Below are positions 1 to 12,230 of a stretch of 64,000 bases of DNA, piece after piece (position 1 is the first letter of the stretch; each line of letters opens with the position of its first letter). A program made the position numbers and the translations under genes. Under the pieces are notes generated by a model. The model was not told the DNA's origin. It searched no databases and was given only the letters and a program-made list of their open reading frames with translations. Source of the stretch: Sporopachydermia quercuum (Eukaryota); the NCBI GenBank assembly GCA_001599295.1, contig BCGN01000012.1:1-64000 (forward strand). The letters run 5' to 3'.

Positions 1-1196
1 TGACTTATGCGATTTGGATGTTTTGGAAGGTGAATTTGAGTTATCAACAGGTGTTTGCTTCATAATGCTCAAATCGTTAATTAGTTTGAGCGATGATTTT
101 ACATCCTTCATATTTTTGTTACCTGGAGCAGTCTTGCCTTGTGCTTGACTATGATCACTGAGTACGTTGCTTTTGGAACTTGAACGTTTCAACGACAGAA
201 TCCGTCCTGATATCTTTCTTACCAAAGGGTTATCAAATGATTGGGATAAAAAACCTGTATACGGTTGGTACTTCGCTGTGTTGATGTTGTTTTTATCCTT
301 GACAGCGTTAGTGTTGGAAGATGTATAGTTACCTAGTGACATATTTAGTCCTTCGTCAATGCTACCGTTAATCATGTCACCATCTGTTTCAAGCAGCTCT
401 ACACCTAGGGTATCCATAAGATAATCACAGTTACGTAGTTTTCTAGCCCCAACGTTTCTAACAGCGAGAAAGTAATCCAAGAAGCTGAATCTAAGACCAT
501 CATTAATACTTCGCAGTAATTGATCTTCGATAACATCAGCAGAGCATTCAACTTCTTCTAATTCTTCTTTCACAAGTACAACAGATGGCAAATGACTAGA
601 AAGGCTTTTTGTTTCCGCTTCTTTAAGAGTTCGGTTCAATTTGGAAACCTTTGTTCTTGCTTCCATGGCTTTATTTTCTCGTTTTTCGACAAATCCCAGT
701 TGATTTTGAATGTCTTCTTGTTTTGCTAGTAGTTCTCGGTCAACTGTTATATCATCTGGGGTAACAAATTATATAGTTAGTACGAGAACATATCAGGGAT
801 CGGAACATAAGGGATCACTTAAGACAACAAAGAGAACTTAGAGTGAAAATAAAACAATATTATTTCATATGAAATCCATGTTTGTCCAACAATTCATGAC
901 ACAAGGTAATCCATACGATCAAATGATCTGACAATATATCCTAATGACTTCCTGCAGTCATTATTGGGTATAGTGGAGATCCAATCGTTCAGATCTTTAT
1001 TGAATTCTTCGTATTGGAGTAGAAATTTCTTCTGCGTTCTGATAAGCTTCTTCATTCTATTCCCCAAATGTTTTGTTTTTATTTTAGAGGCTGTTGAACT
1101 TGAGTTAATACCGATTAGCCCTGCTAATCTATCAGTAGCAGAACTGCTACCACAAGAGTCATTTGGGTAGGTTAGAAGCCCAGATTGTTGATTCAT
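1..1196 (-). CDS. SSP1: Pil1/Meu14-type BAR-domain protein, probably the prospore-membrane leading-edge protein Ssp1 (3'-partial, two exons)
   Basis: Exon 1 is 1196..917. Intron 916..756 has a GTATGG donor, TACTAAC at 782..776 and a CAG acceptor at 758..756. Exon 2 (755..1) stays open to the window edge. The spliced product has the helical pattern of Ssp1/Meu14/Pil1 (KKFLLQYEEFNKDLNDWI...FVEKRE...EELEEVECSADVIEDQLLRSIN) plus a Ser/Lys-rich tail. Orthology is from remembered similarity. Confidence 0.6.
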
Positions 1197-2076
1197 AATG
1201 AAGGTAATTCTAAATTATTGGAATTAAGAAAGTTAACCAGAAGCCTTTTGACAATCAAATTGACTCTTCTTCTCTACTATTAATAATTTATTAGCTCGTT
1301 ATCAGCCTAAGCAAACCAGTTCAACTAGCAAACAGTCAAGCTATCCAACTATATGATGACCAAGATGNTCGCGATATAAGTAAGCGTACTCTATTGTGAA
1401 CTAAGATCCCTCTTCAGCTACATAGTATATCACTTATATTAATATAAAATTTTCATTAGTCAATACGTAGATAATCTATCATACAGGCAACAGATAGTAA
1501 TAACAAACAAGAGTAATGCTATGGGAGCCGAATTGTAGCAGATAGTTAGTTGAATTGCACAAAGGTATATTGGTTATCTCATTGTGATAATTTCCTTATC
1601 AGTAGGTTTGTGATGTGGAAAGATGACAATCAAAATATTACGTAATCACAAAATAAGAATAGTATTAGCGGAAATGATTTCTTGCTATAATCTCCGCAAT
1701 GGTGCCCTTATTCCGAACCATCCCGAACCCTCAGATCACCTAATCGAAAAGCAACTTTAAGGATGATTGCCGATCAATATTGGCACTTTTCGACCAATTT
1801 TCTGTACACTTTTTTACAGTATTGTTATGCTTAAATATATAATAAATAAATAAGGAACTTAGTGGTATCGAAACTGAGAGAAATACAATTTGAAGTATTC
1901 ACCTACAAAGTCTAACAGTGATAATGTAAATGCAACGAAGCTCAGTTCGATATCAATTTAATCAAGATCAAAATATAACAAACGATCAAGCAATTATATG
2001 AATAAATAACGGAAAAGAAAAAGGAAAATAAGTATGAATAGTCACAAGAATAAATAAATAATAAATAAATGAATGT

Positions 2077-4014
2077 TTAGTACACACGCTTTCCTGGTGG
2101 GACAGACTTGCATTCATTAGGATCCAGAGTTTCATAAATGACATCTCTATACTTTAATTCAATTTCATCACCAGGCTTGTGTTGCCATGATAAAGTGTGC
2201 TTCATCCAGTTAACGTCATCTCTTTCAGGGTAATCTTCCCTAGCATGAGCACCTCTTGATTCCTTTCTAGCGACAGCAGAGTAAGCAGTTTGCATAGCAC
2301 AAGTCAACAAGTTGGATAATTCTAAAGTTTCCACCATGTCAGAGTTCCAGATCATTGATCTATCAGAGGTACCAACTTCAGGGAACGTTCTGTCAACTTC
2401 AGTGATACCCTTCACACCATCTTCCAAAGATTCTTGAGTTCTAAACACGGAAACATCCTTTTGCATAGTCTTTTGCATAGCAAGTCTGATAGAAGCAGTA
2501 GATCTGGGACCAGAAGCAGTTCTAGCATGATCGAGTCTTTCAATAGATTCCTTACCAATATCAGCTGAGACTGCCTTATGAGGAGTGCCTGGCTTCAATT
2601 GTCCTTCGATGGTATGAGCAACAGCTCTACCAAAGACAACTAAATCCAATAGCGAATTAGCACCAAGACGGTTGGCACCGTGGACAGAGACACATGCTGC
2701 TTCACCACAAGCCAGTAAACCTGGAACGACCTTCTCTTTTCCATTTTCATCTAAGGTCAAAACTTCACCATTCCACTTGGTTGGAATACCACCCATATTG
2801 TAATGGACAGTAGGGATAACAGGAATAGGTTCCTTGGTGACATCAACACCGGCGAAAATAGAAGCAGTTTCAGAAATACCTGGTAATCTTTCCTTTAAGA
2901 CTGAAGCAGGCAAGTGAGAAAGTTGTAAGTAAATATGATCCTTTTCAGGGCCAACACCACGTCCACCACGGATTTCCATAGTCATAGATCTAGAAACAAC
3001 GTCTCTTGAGGCTAAATCCTTAGCAGTTGGAGCATATCTTTCCATAAATCTTTCACCTTCACTGTTTAATAAATAACCACCTTCACCACGAGCACCTTCA
3101 GTGATCAAACAACCTGATCCATAAATGCCGGAAGGATGGAATTGAACGAATTCCAAATCTTGTAATGGTAAACCAGCTCTAGTAACCATGGCGTTACCAT
3201 CACCAGTACAAGTGTGTGCAGAAGTACATGAGAAGTAAGCTCTTCCGTAACCACCAGTAGCCAAAACAGTCTTATGAGCTCTAAATCTGTGAAGAGTACC
3301 ATCTTCTTGGTTATAAGCAATCACACCAACGCATTCACCATCTTCCATCAATAAATCTAGAGCGAAGAATTCAATGAAAAATTGAGTGTTGTGTCGAAGA
3401 GATTGTCCATAAAGAGTGTGGAGCAAAGCGTGACCGGTACGATCAGCAACGGCACAAGTTCTGTAAGCCTGACCACCTTTTCCGTATTCCTTAGACTGTC
3501 CACCAAAGGCTCTTTGGTAGATTTTACCTTCTTCAGTTCTAGAGAAAGGACATCCGTAATGTTCTAATTCAATGATAGATGCAGGGGCTTCTCTGGTCAT
3601 ATAATGAATAGCATCTTGATCACCTAACCAATCGGAACCCTTGACGGTGTCATACATGTGCCAATGCCAGTCATCAGGGTGCATATTACCTAGGGCTGCG
3701 TTGATACCACCTTGAGCAGCAACAGTGTGGGAACGAGTAGGGAAAAGCTTTGAAATACAAGCAGTTTTGTATCCAGCAGTAGCCAAACCAAAAGCAGCTC
3801 TCAAACCGGCACCACCAGCACCAACGACTACACAATCATATTCGTGATCAATGACATGGTACTGCTTGCTTAAATAACTTGAAGCTTCGGTACCTTTAGG
3901 TACTTCGTTTGCAATAACCTTATAAGAAGTTCTTGTGACGGAGAAGTTTCTCACTGATTGTGCTAAACCACTTGTCTTAACTGAAAGCTTCTTAGAAGCA
4001 AATGATCGCAACAT
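2077..4014 (-). CDS. SDH1: Succinate dehydrogenase flavoprotein subunit
   Basis: 645-aa ORF with a mitochondrial presequence, GAGGAG FAD motif, [10 protein letters not shown] covalent-FAD His, and QFHP, HYNMGG and [11 protein letters not shown] motifs. Confidence 0.98.
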   Translation of the reverse strand: MLRSFASKKLSVKTSGLAQSVRNFSVTRTSYKVIANEVPKGTEASSYLSKQYHVIDHEYDCVVVGAGGAGLRAAFGLATAGYKTACISKLFPTRSHTVAAQGGINAALGNMHPDDWHWHMYDTVKGSDWLGDQDAIHYMTREAPASIIELEHYGCPFSRTEEGKIYQRAFGGQSKEYGKGGQAYRTCAVADRTGHALLHTLYGQSLRHNTQFFIEFFALDLLMEDGECVGVIAYNQEDGTLHRFRAHKTVLATGGYGRAYFSCTSAHTCTGDGNAMVTRAGLPLQDLEFVQFHPSGIYGSGCLITEGARGEGGYLLNSEGERFMERYAPTAKDLASRDVVSRSMTMEIRGGRGVGPEKDHIYLQLSHLPASVLKERLPGISETASIFAGVDVTKEPIPVIPTVHYNMGGIPTKWNGEVLTLDENGKEKVVPGLLACGEAACVSVHGANRLGANSLLDLVVFGRAVAHTIEGQLKPGTPHKAVSADIGKESIERLDHARTASGPRSTASIRLAMQKTMQKDVSVFRTQESLEDGVKGITEVDRTFPEVGTSDRSMIWNSDMVETLELSNLLTCAMQTAYSAVARKESRGAHAREDYPERDDVNWMKHTLSWQHKPGDEIELKYRDVIYETLDPNECKSVPPGKRVY

Positions 4015-6535
4015 TTCGCCTGGGTATTGAATGTGATAATGACAATAATAAATGTATATACGTAGATACTACCAATTGAATAATATCAGCTATTGTTTCG
4101 GAATAGGATATTCTTCAAATCAGCAAAATGCAAAAATAATTAGATTTTTCAATCAAACAAGTCGCTTTTCTTTTCAAATCTTGACTATCGAAATCAAAAC
4201 GCCTGTAGATTACTTGAATGTTACTGCTAATTAATTTGATTATTGAATAGTATCAAATCAAATATCTAACAAGTCAAAGTCAAACTATCAAACTGGTATC
4301 TGCAAACTCCTAACTATAAGATCTTTCTTTTCGATTGCAGTAGCTCGGTTGAAAAAACTGTGTATTGGTCTAATAGCAAACTTGCTTAGTTGTTGATTCA
4401 GCTCTTAAAGGTATAAATACCGAGAAGAAACAGTTTTAAGAAAAAAGAAGTTTTGTTTGAGTCTCAAGGCAAGTAGAAAGGAAGAAACAGTTGGTGGAAA
4501 TGGGAGAGAAGTAAAGAAGTGTACGAAGCGGGTGGAAGGGGAAGGAAAACAAGATTCGGAAAAGATGCGGAAGGATGTACTGAAAAGGTGTACGATTGGG
4601 AAGAGATGAGATATGATGAGTAGAACTGAAGAAGGTAAGACAAGTGAAGGAAAGGAAATAAAATATAGAAAAAGGAGAATTGTGTTCAGAAATTATAGGT
4701 TTCGGCAAATTTGCCTTTTATCGAAAAAAAGATGATAAATTATGATGTAAAAATGAAGTATTCTGTTGTAAGGTAGAAATAATATGGTAGTTGTAAAGTG
4801 GAAAATATGAAATTTTATCGTTTCCGAAATGTGCTATTCTAGCCAATAATTAATGGGGAAAAGCAAGCCATTGGTGGAAATTGTCAAATGTGGAGGTGNA
4901 TTGTCACCGAAATTTTGATATCAATTGGACTGAAAGTCTAGTCATATGATTTCCGATATGATTACGATGTCTGGGGTAAATCATAAATGATCAGAATGCG
5001 TGAATGTAGTGGTATAGAATGAAAGAAAGAGAGATAATGGAAACGAATGCCAGGTATTACTGGAGATTTGAAGTTATAAGAATGTTTGATTGTTTCCACA
5101 GTTATCCAAATAAAAGNAGGCAGGCTTTGGAGTAGAAACAGCAAATATTGAGAGACATAACATTGAGAGATTATTGTTACTTTCAAACTTCAAGTTATCG
5201 CTAAAATTTCTATACAAATTTGCATAACCTGGAATATTCTATTACACCGGTGGTAGAAACATTTAATGAGATTCCAACTATTGAATTCTATTATTACAAT
5301 TTGCTCGTCCAACTATTAATCATAACCATCTCTGGGCCAACTTCATCACTACATCGTCATTGCTCTATCGCGCAATCCTCGGAAAAGCATCATTTCCGAA
5401 ATTTGACGGGTAAAGAATTTTGGTGTTGATTCCTAATTCATCTGTACATTAAACGGGCTGCGATTATTAATTTGGTATCATCAACGGTACATTCTTGTTT
5501 TTAGAAGAGTGGATTATCATCAAATTCACTCAAAACGATCTTTGCAAGATTGAGAGATGGTTAAAANGGCTTGCAAAAGACAAGTGAAGATGATAATATG
5601 ACCAAACAGGCATAGATATCTCTGTCGTTTTCAAAGAAACTGTCTCTTGTTTTTTATTTTTTATTTTTTATGTCCATAAGGATGAACTCTTTTATTCATT
5701 GATAATCAATAGACTGATCAATTTTGCATTTCCTCCATATTTTCTTGTCAGTATACCTTACTCCTCATCTTTCAGTAAATCAGTTCAATCACTGGAAGTC
5801 TCGAAGATCAAAAAAGATCTTACAAATCAGGAAGAGGCCTACGCTCCTTACTTCTTCTCCATCAAATCATCACCAACTAACAATTTCGATATAACTATTC
5901 AACTCTCTATAACTCAACGTTCAACTCAACATAATATGACCTTTCGACCCATCGATAAATGTCTATGTTTCTTTATATTCATGTCTATATCATCACTAGA
6001 CTCTTTTACTATTCTCCCTTCTCCACACACTTCCTTTCACTCTATCCATAGCCAATAAGATTCCCTATAAATCTGGTTACGCACCAACTTTTAACTTGAC
6101 TCTGTCCTTCCGTACAATTCAACTCCACATTAGATCTCAACTTTATTTTACACACTTTCGGAGGTTAACGGAACTGGTATTAATTAATTTCCTCCATCTT
6201 TTCCGGTTTGAGCAATGTCTCATAAAAGGGTGTGTTCGGTCAAGATCAAATCAAGAATCTAAAACTACATTATGTAATCAATAAATTCTCTATTTTTTGA
6301 AGGACCCCGGAAGAAAGCTCTCTTTTCACCGGGAAATCTCAACATGAAAAATGTCACTTATATCAAAAATTTATCATTATCTGGGACGGACGGTAGTAAG
6401 TATCGCGGTTGATATGTTCGATTTAACTACCGTATGCGGTGATAATTTTCGCAGATTTCCTCATTTAATCAACAGAAGTATATTAGCGGAGAAATACTGT
6501 ATAGAGAGGATTATCTCCATTAGCTTAAGATCACA

Positions 6536-7425
6536 ATGTTCGTCTTAACATACATATCTGATTTGATCCGGATTGACCCATCTGTGTTTGGTATACCTCA
6601 AAGAGAAGCATTAGAGAATGAAATCCATGCAAAATACTCAAACAAGATTGTTCAGGAAGTTGGATTATGTATCTCTATCTGGGATATTGATCATATTGAA
6701 GAGGGAATCCTGAAACCAGGTGATGGTGGAATATATATTAAAAGCAAATTCAGGCTAGTTGTATTTAGACCATTTGTGGGTGAAGTGCTGACTGGCTGGA
6801 TATCTGTTTGTTTACCGGAAGGTATAAAAGGTAAGAAGGAATTGATATTTTGCAATTGATGCAATTTAATATTATTTGTCCTGGAATGATACTGAAAACA
6901 GAAAACACTAAGGCTGAGGAACCATGGAACTATGATACATATATATATTACTATGTGATGCACTATCAGATGTCACAGATTGTACTAACATTAGTTCTTA
7001 TAGTTAAAATGGACTTTTTTGGAGATATATTTATTCCACAGCATCTTTTGTTTGATGGATGTGTCTAGTATGTTTGCACTTCTTTGAATTGGAAATTAAA
7101 TCCTTTACGGTACCTCTTTCTATTGAACTCGATTATAAACCTGAATTAACATCTCATATACTAACAATCAATCAGCATGGAAGAAGAAAAGGCATGGGTA
7201 TGGAAAACAGAGGATTCAGAGTTGTATTTGGATGTTAATGAGAAAATACGGTTCTCTGTAGAAGAGGAAATCTTTAATGATTTAAAACCTGCAGGACCAG
7301 TTGTCGATGGACAAATGATACAATCCGATGGAGAAGGAAAAGTTGAAACATCAAGTGTGCCTTACTATGCAATAATTGGCAGTTGTCAAACTGATGGTAT
7401 GGGTCCAATTGCATGGTGGGATTAG
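6536..7425 (+). CDS. RPC25: RNA polymerase III subunit C25 (three exons, about 202 aa)
   Basis: Exons 6536..6830, 7004..7067 and 7176..7425. Intron 1: GTAAGA, TACTAAC (6983), TAG. Intron 2: GTATGT, TACTAAC, CAG. The spliced frame gives GLCISIWD, LKPGDG, FRLVVFRPFVGE, FFGDIFIP and GMGPIAWW. Confidence 0.95.
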
Positions 7426-7653
7426 CATCGGATGTACCACCATCATATTATAGACAACCAACACAGCATGATACTCCTTGAAATAATGGAGTACACTTCT
7501 AAACGACACTGCATGATTAACAAAACAGCATTCAATGATTTAATGTATTTCTAAATTTTTACTACTACTATATTATTACTACTAATTAAAAATTTACATC
7601 ATATTAGTATCTATATTGATTATCATTGTAAATTCACTATTATTCTAATGCTT

Positions 7654-8967
7654 CTAATTATATTGCATATAACGAGAAGTACTGCTGAATCGGATATTTC
7701 CTTTGATAACTTTCTCAACAGCAGCTAAAAAGTCAGCCTCTGTGGCAACCTTTCTTCTAGCTCTAATAGCAAACATACCAGCTTCCGTGCATACAGATCT
7801 TAACTCTGCACCAGTACTGTTAGGACATAGACGCGAAATAAGTTCCCATCGAATATCACGATCAACCGACATGGATTTTGTATGAATGCGGAAGATATTC
7901 GCCCTACCTTCTAAATCAGGTAAACTGAACTCCACTTTACGATCGATTCTTCCTGGTCTCAATAATGCAGGATCTAGAGTATTGGGCCTATTTGTAGCAA
8001 ACATTACTTTGATATTACCTCTTGGATCGAAACCATCTAATTGTGTGATAAGTTCTAACATAGTTCTTTGAACTTCATTATCGCCACCAGCACCATCATC
8101 AAAACGAGCACCTCCGATAGCATCGACTTCATCGAAAAAAATAATACAAGCTTTTTTGGTACGAGCCATTTCAAATAACTCTCTCACCATTCTAGCACCT
8201 TCACCAACATACTTTTGAACTAATTCTGAACCAATAACACGGATAAATGTAGCATCTGTTCTATTGGCAACTGCTCTTGCACATAAGGTCTTACCAGTTC
8301 CTGGAGGTCCATAGAGTAAGATACCCTTAGGAGGATCAATTCCTAATTTAACGAATCTTTCTGGCGATAATAGAGGTAATTCAACAACTTCACGAAGTTT
8401 TTCAATCTGTTCTTTACAACCACCAATATCCCCATATGTTACGTCTGGTTTTTCTTCCACAGTCATCATAGTAACTGATGGGTCAATCTTTGGTGGTAAA
8501 GGTAATTGGATTTCATACTTTGTTCGATCAACTCCAACTCTCATTCCTTCTTCAATATCAGTTGGTGACACTCTTTCACCTAATGCAACAACAAATTTAG
8601 CAATCTGTTTAATATTTATCACGTATTTGGATTTTCCATCTTCTCCTTCATCTATAATTTTTGTACATCTTGCAACCTGCAATGGATGTTCTTCACTCAT
8701 TCGTTGTTTATCAGCAACAGTATCCCAAAGATGAGGGGGTGCCAATCCTGTGTCCGATTCCTTGACTCCTATTTTCTCTTTTATCCTTTTCTCAATATCA
8801 CTTAGATCGTTTCCAATGTCTTTCAATTGATCACCATAAGGTGCAGCTCCGTAGGTTTTCAAAACCTGAATATCACCTTCACTTAAAGGAACGATTTTCT
8901 CTTCCTTCTTTTCATCGTCTTCAGTTGGAGCTTTCTTCCATTTTTCCCAGTCTGACTTTGGAGGCAT
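7654..8967 (-). CDS. RPT1: 26S proteasome AAA-ATPase subunit Rpt1
   Basis: MPPK.DWEK N-terminus, Walker A GPPGTGKT, Walker B FFDEVD, C-terminal YMQYN. Confidence 0.98.
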   Translation of the reverse strand: MPPKSDWEKWKKAPTEDDEKKEEKIVPLSEGDIQVLKTYGAAPYGDQLKDIGNDLSDIEKRIKEKIGVKESDTGLAPPHLWDTVADKQRMSEEHPLQVARCTKIIDEGEDGKSKYVINIKQIAKFVVALGERVSPTDIEEGMRVGVDRTKYEIQLPLPPKIDPSVTMMTVEEKPDVTYGDIGGCKEQIEKLREVVELPLLSPERFVKLGIDPPKGILLYGPPGTGKTLCARAVANRTDATFIRVIGSELVQKYVGEGARMVRELFEMARTKKACIIFFDEVDAIGGARFDDGAGGDNEVQRTMLELITQLDGFDPRGNIKVMFATNRPNTLDPALLRPGRIDRKVEFSLPDLEGRANIFRIHTKSMSVDRDIRWELISRLCPNSTGAELRSVCTEAGMFAIRARRKVATEADFLAAVEKVIKGNIRFSSTSRYMQYN

Positions 8968-9077
8968 TATGAAATCGTTTTATCAGTATATGCTGCTGCA
9001 AAAGCTTGGAAATGGTTATTTGATAATGGACCAATTCAGAACTCTAGTTACTATATAAATTGTTATAGCTGACTGCT

Positions 9078-9086
9078 AGTGGCAAA
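9078..9086 (+). promoter_or_regulatory. PACE-like (Rpn4) element upstream of RPT1
   Basis: AGTGGCAAA lies about 110 nt upstream of the RPT1 ATG, one base from GGTGGCAAA. A second variant, AGGGGCAAA, is at 9329..9337. Confidence 0.6.
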
Positions 9087-9861
9087 CACTGACAACCTTC
9101 ACTAGATACTTTAGTATTGGTTGATAAACAGTACAGTAAACTCCTCGAAGAGTAAATGTGTATATCGAACAATGTTACCACCAATTGATAGGTTGATATC
9201 AGTATCGACTGGTTGATTATTATCAGCACCAGAAAGGAATATAAAACGACAAACTTACAATCAGTTGGAGGCAATAGAATCATCAATTGTGTGTTCTGTT
9301 AATTTACAATAAGTAAGTAACACTTAGGAGGGGCAAACACGACACCACAACACCTTGGATATGGGACGAGATATAATATTAAATATTACAAATAAAATGA
9401 TTATATAATCATAAATTAGTTAGTAGGAAGTTCTATTGACTTAAGGAGATCTAGTAAGTTACAGAGCAGCATAAACGAACAAATTAGAAATCATGCAGCT
9501 CCATGTACACCTACTGTAGCATCTCAAACATAGTTTAGTGCTCACTACTTTTGTACGGACAGGTGTGTACGTACAAAAGGTTCTGCATTGTGAGACTCCT
9601 TTAAATTTACTGCCAAATCTTCTTCTCTTCCTTCTTCTTCTCCTACAGTTTGAATATTCTTGATAATGAAGGAAATAGAAAAGATTTTAATACTAGAAAA
9701 GGGAATAGAACTAGTAATTTGCAATTGGATTACCTAGTATATTTCAATTGTAATAGAACCTGATTTACTTGTGTTGAGGTTGTTACTGATTGCGATAACT
9801 GATTTATCCTTTACTGAATTGAACTAGTTGATAATAGATAGACTCAATAATCGACTGAAAA

Positions 9862-12102
9862 ATGGCTTATGTTTCATCAAAACTACAATGGTTAACATCT
9901 TTGGATGTTACCTCAACTCCTGGAAAGAATTACAGAAGAACCACTATCATTGGTACTATCGGTATGTAATAATCAGTGCTAGAGTAGGCTTGAGCTCTAC
10001 AAAAATCGATATCATGTATGGGTATAATATGTGCATAGTATAAATGTCCTCTATACCTTTGTTGCATAACGAATTTTTTTTCTTTTTTCGAGGTATCATA
10101 TCAATAAAATATACTAACCAAGATGTTTGTTTCTAGGACCTAAAACTAATAATGTTGAGATGTTAGTCAATCTAAGAAAAGGTAAGTGTTTTCGTATATT
10201 CAACAGACTGGTTTGTCTGATGATTTTCTGCAACAAGTACATAATTAGTAGAGTGGCTCTTATTAGTACCCTCACTAAGCCGAGCTCAATTGCAATTAAT
10301 GTGATACTGGTGGCACGAATGGGGTCCTGGAGGTTCCTTCCAACACCCTATTTTAATCAATTTGTGTCTCTTCCATCACGCCGCTTCCTACCTGTCATTT
10401 ATTATGGCAATCTACCTGTTTTCATCCTTTTAATTCCTTATTTGCAATTACTTAATTTCTCTGGTGTTTGTGTTTGACATCAACAAGACGACACAAAAAG
10501 AATGAAGATGATGAGATGTGATGTGCAGATTTTTTAGGGTTTGAGGGACCTGCATGATAGTGCGTCATAGACCGTTTTAGCACAGTTAGTTTTGACAGCA
10601 AAAGAGAACAATCAGTGTGTGGGGTCATCGGGGTGATGAACTGAAGACTGTTCTAATTCTACACTCAATCAGATAACCATTGTTTATTCTATGATACATT
10701 ATACTAACAATTATTAGCTGGTCTTAACATTGTGCGTATGAACTTCTCTCATGGATCATACGAATACCATCAATCTGTCGTTGACAACTCAAGAAAATCA
10801 GAAGAAATCTATCATGGACGTCCTTTAGCTATTGCTTTGGACACCAAGGGTCCAGAAATCAGAACTGGCACTACGTTAGATGACAAGGATTATCCTATTC
10901 CTGCTAACCATGAAATGATTTTCACTACTGACGATGCCTATGCCAAGTCCAGTAATGATAAAATCATGTACATTGATTACAAGAATATCACTAAGGTCAT
11001 TGAAAAAGGTAGAATCATTTACGTTGACGATGGTGTCTTATCCTTTGAAGTTTTGGAAATTGTTGATGAAAAGACTTTGAAGGTCAGATCTCTAAACGCT
11101 GGTAAGGTTTGTTCTCACAAGGGTGTCAATTTACCTAACACTGATGTTGATTTACCTGCTTTATCTGAAAAGGATAAAGCTGATTTGAGATTTGGTGTTA
11201 AAAACGACGTTAACATGATTTTTGCTTCGTTCATCAGAACTGGTAACGACATCAAGGAAATCAGAGAAGTTTTAGGAGAAGATGGAAAAGAAATCCAAAT
11301 CATTGCTAAGATTGAAAGTAGACAAGGTGTCAACAATTTTGATGAAATTTTGGCCGAAACTGACGGTGTTATGGTTGCCAGAGGTGATTTAGGTATTGAA
11401 ATTCCTGCCTCTGAAGTTTTAGTTGTTCAAAAGCAACTGATTGCTAAGTGTAACTTGGCAGGTAAGCCGGTTATCTGTGCNACCCAAATGTTAGAATCTA
11501 TGACCTATAACCCAAGACCTACCAGAGCTGAAGTTTCAGATGTTGGTAATGCCGTTTTAGATGGTGCTGACGCTGTGATGCTTTCTGGTGAAACTGCTAA
11601 GGGTAACTATCCCATTGAAGCCGTTTCTATGATGCATAATACCTGTTTAATTGCCGAAAAGGCAGTTGCTTATGGTCCTGCTTATCAAGAAATCAAGGCT
11701 TTGACTCCTAGACCCACTGAAACCGTGGAAACAATTGCTATGGCTGGTGTTTCTGCTTCATTCGAACAAGCTGCTAAGGCCATTATCGTTCTATCTACCT
11801 CTGGTACTACTGCCAGACTCTGCTCTAAGTATAGACCCGATTGTCCTATTATCATGATCACCCGGAACCCAAGATCTGCTAGATACTCTCATTTATACAG
11901 AGGTGTGTACCCATTCGTGTATCCTGAACCGAATGTTGATGGATCTGCATGGCAACAAGACGTTGAACAACGTTTGAAATGGGGTATGGACGAAGCTGTT
12001 GAATTGGGCATTTTGAAGAAAGGTGATGTTGTTATTGCCATACAAGGCTGGACCAAGGGTTTAGGTCATACCAATACTCTCAGAGTTTTAGAAGCTTTCT
12101 AA
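9862..12102 (+). CDS. CDC19: Pyruvate kinase (three exons, about 509 aa)
   Basis: Exons 9862..9961, 10137..10181 and 10718..12102. Introns are GTATGT..TACTAAC..TAG and GTAAGT..TACTAAC..TAG. Splicing restores [14 protein letters not shown]...[31 protein letters not shown] and TQMLESM motifs are present. Confidence 0.97.
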
Positions 12103-12230
12103 AAGTGTTGGATTTTCTATTCAGTATTATTGTTTAACACAGTACAGTGCAAGTCTTATATTTATATATTAACTAATTATTACTATATTACATCAAATGA
12201 TCATTACTACCATAAGCCATCATACATTTA

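Noticed and set aside
1645..1653. Ndt80/MSE site upstream of the SSP1-like gene
   Set aside because: ATCACAAAA lacks the 5' G of the consensus and such cores are common in AT-rich DNA, so it is suggestive only.
4704..4726. TTGCCTTTTAT resembling U5 snRNA loop I
   Set aside because: The flanks do not form the loop-I stem and there is no Sm site. The match overlaps a simple GGCAAATTTGCC palindrome in the SDH1 promoter.
4436..6548. Short ORFs between SDH1 and RPC25
   Set aside because: Mostly non-ATG starts, Phe/Ser/Leu-rich translations of purine/pyrimidine-skewed promoter DNA, and no motifs.
9419..9425. TACTAAC on the minus strand upstream of RPT1
   Set aside because: No nearby YAG acceptor or consensus donor. 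RPT1 is complete without an intron.
10508..10644. Possible C/D snoRNA in PYK intron 2 (ATGATGA...CTGA)
   Set aside because: No terminal stem and no convincing rRNA complementarity next to a D or D' box.
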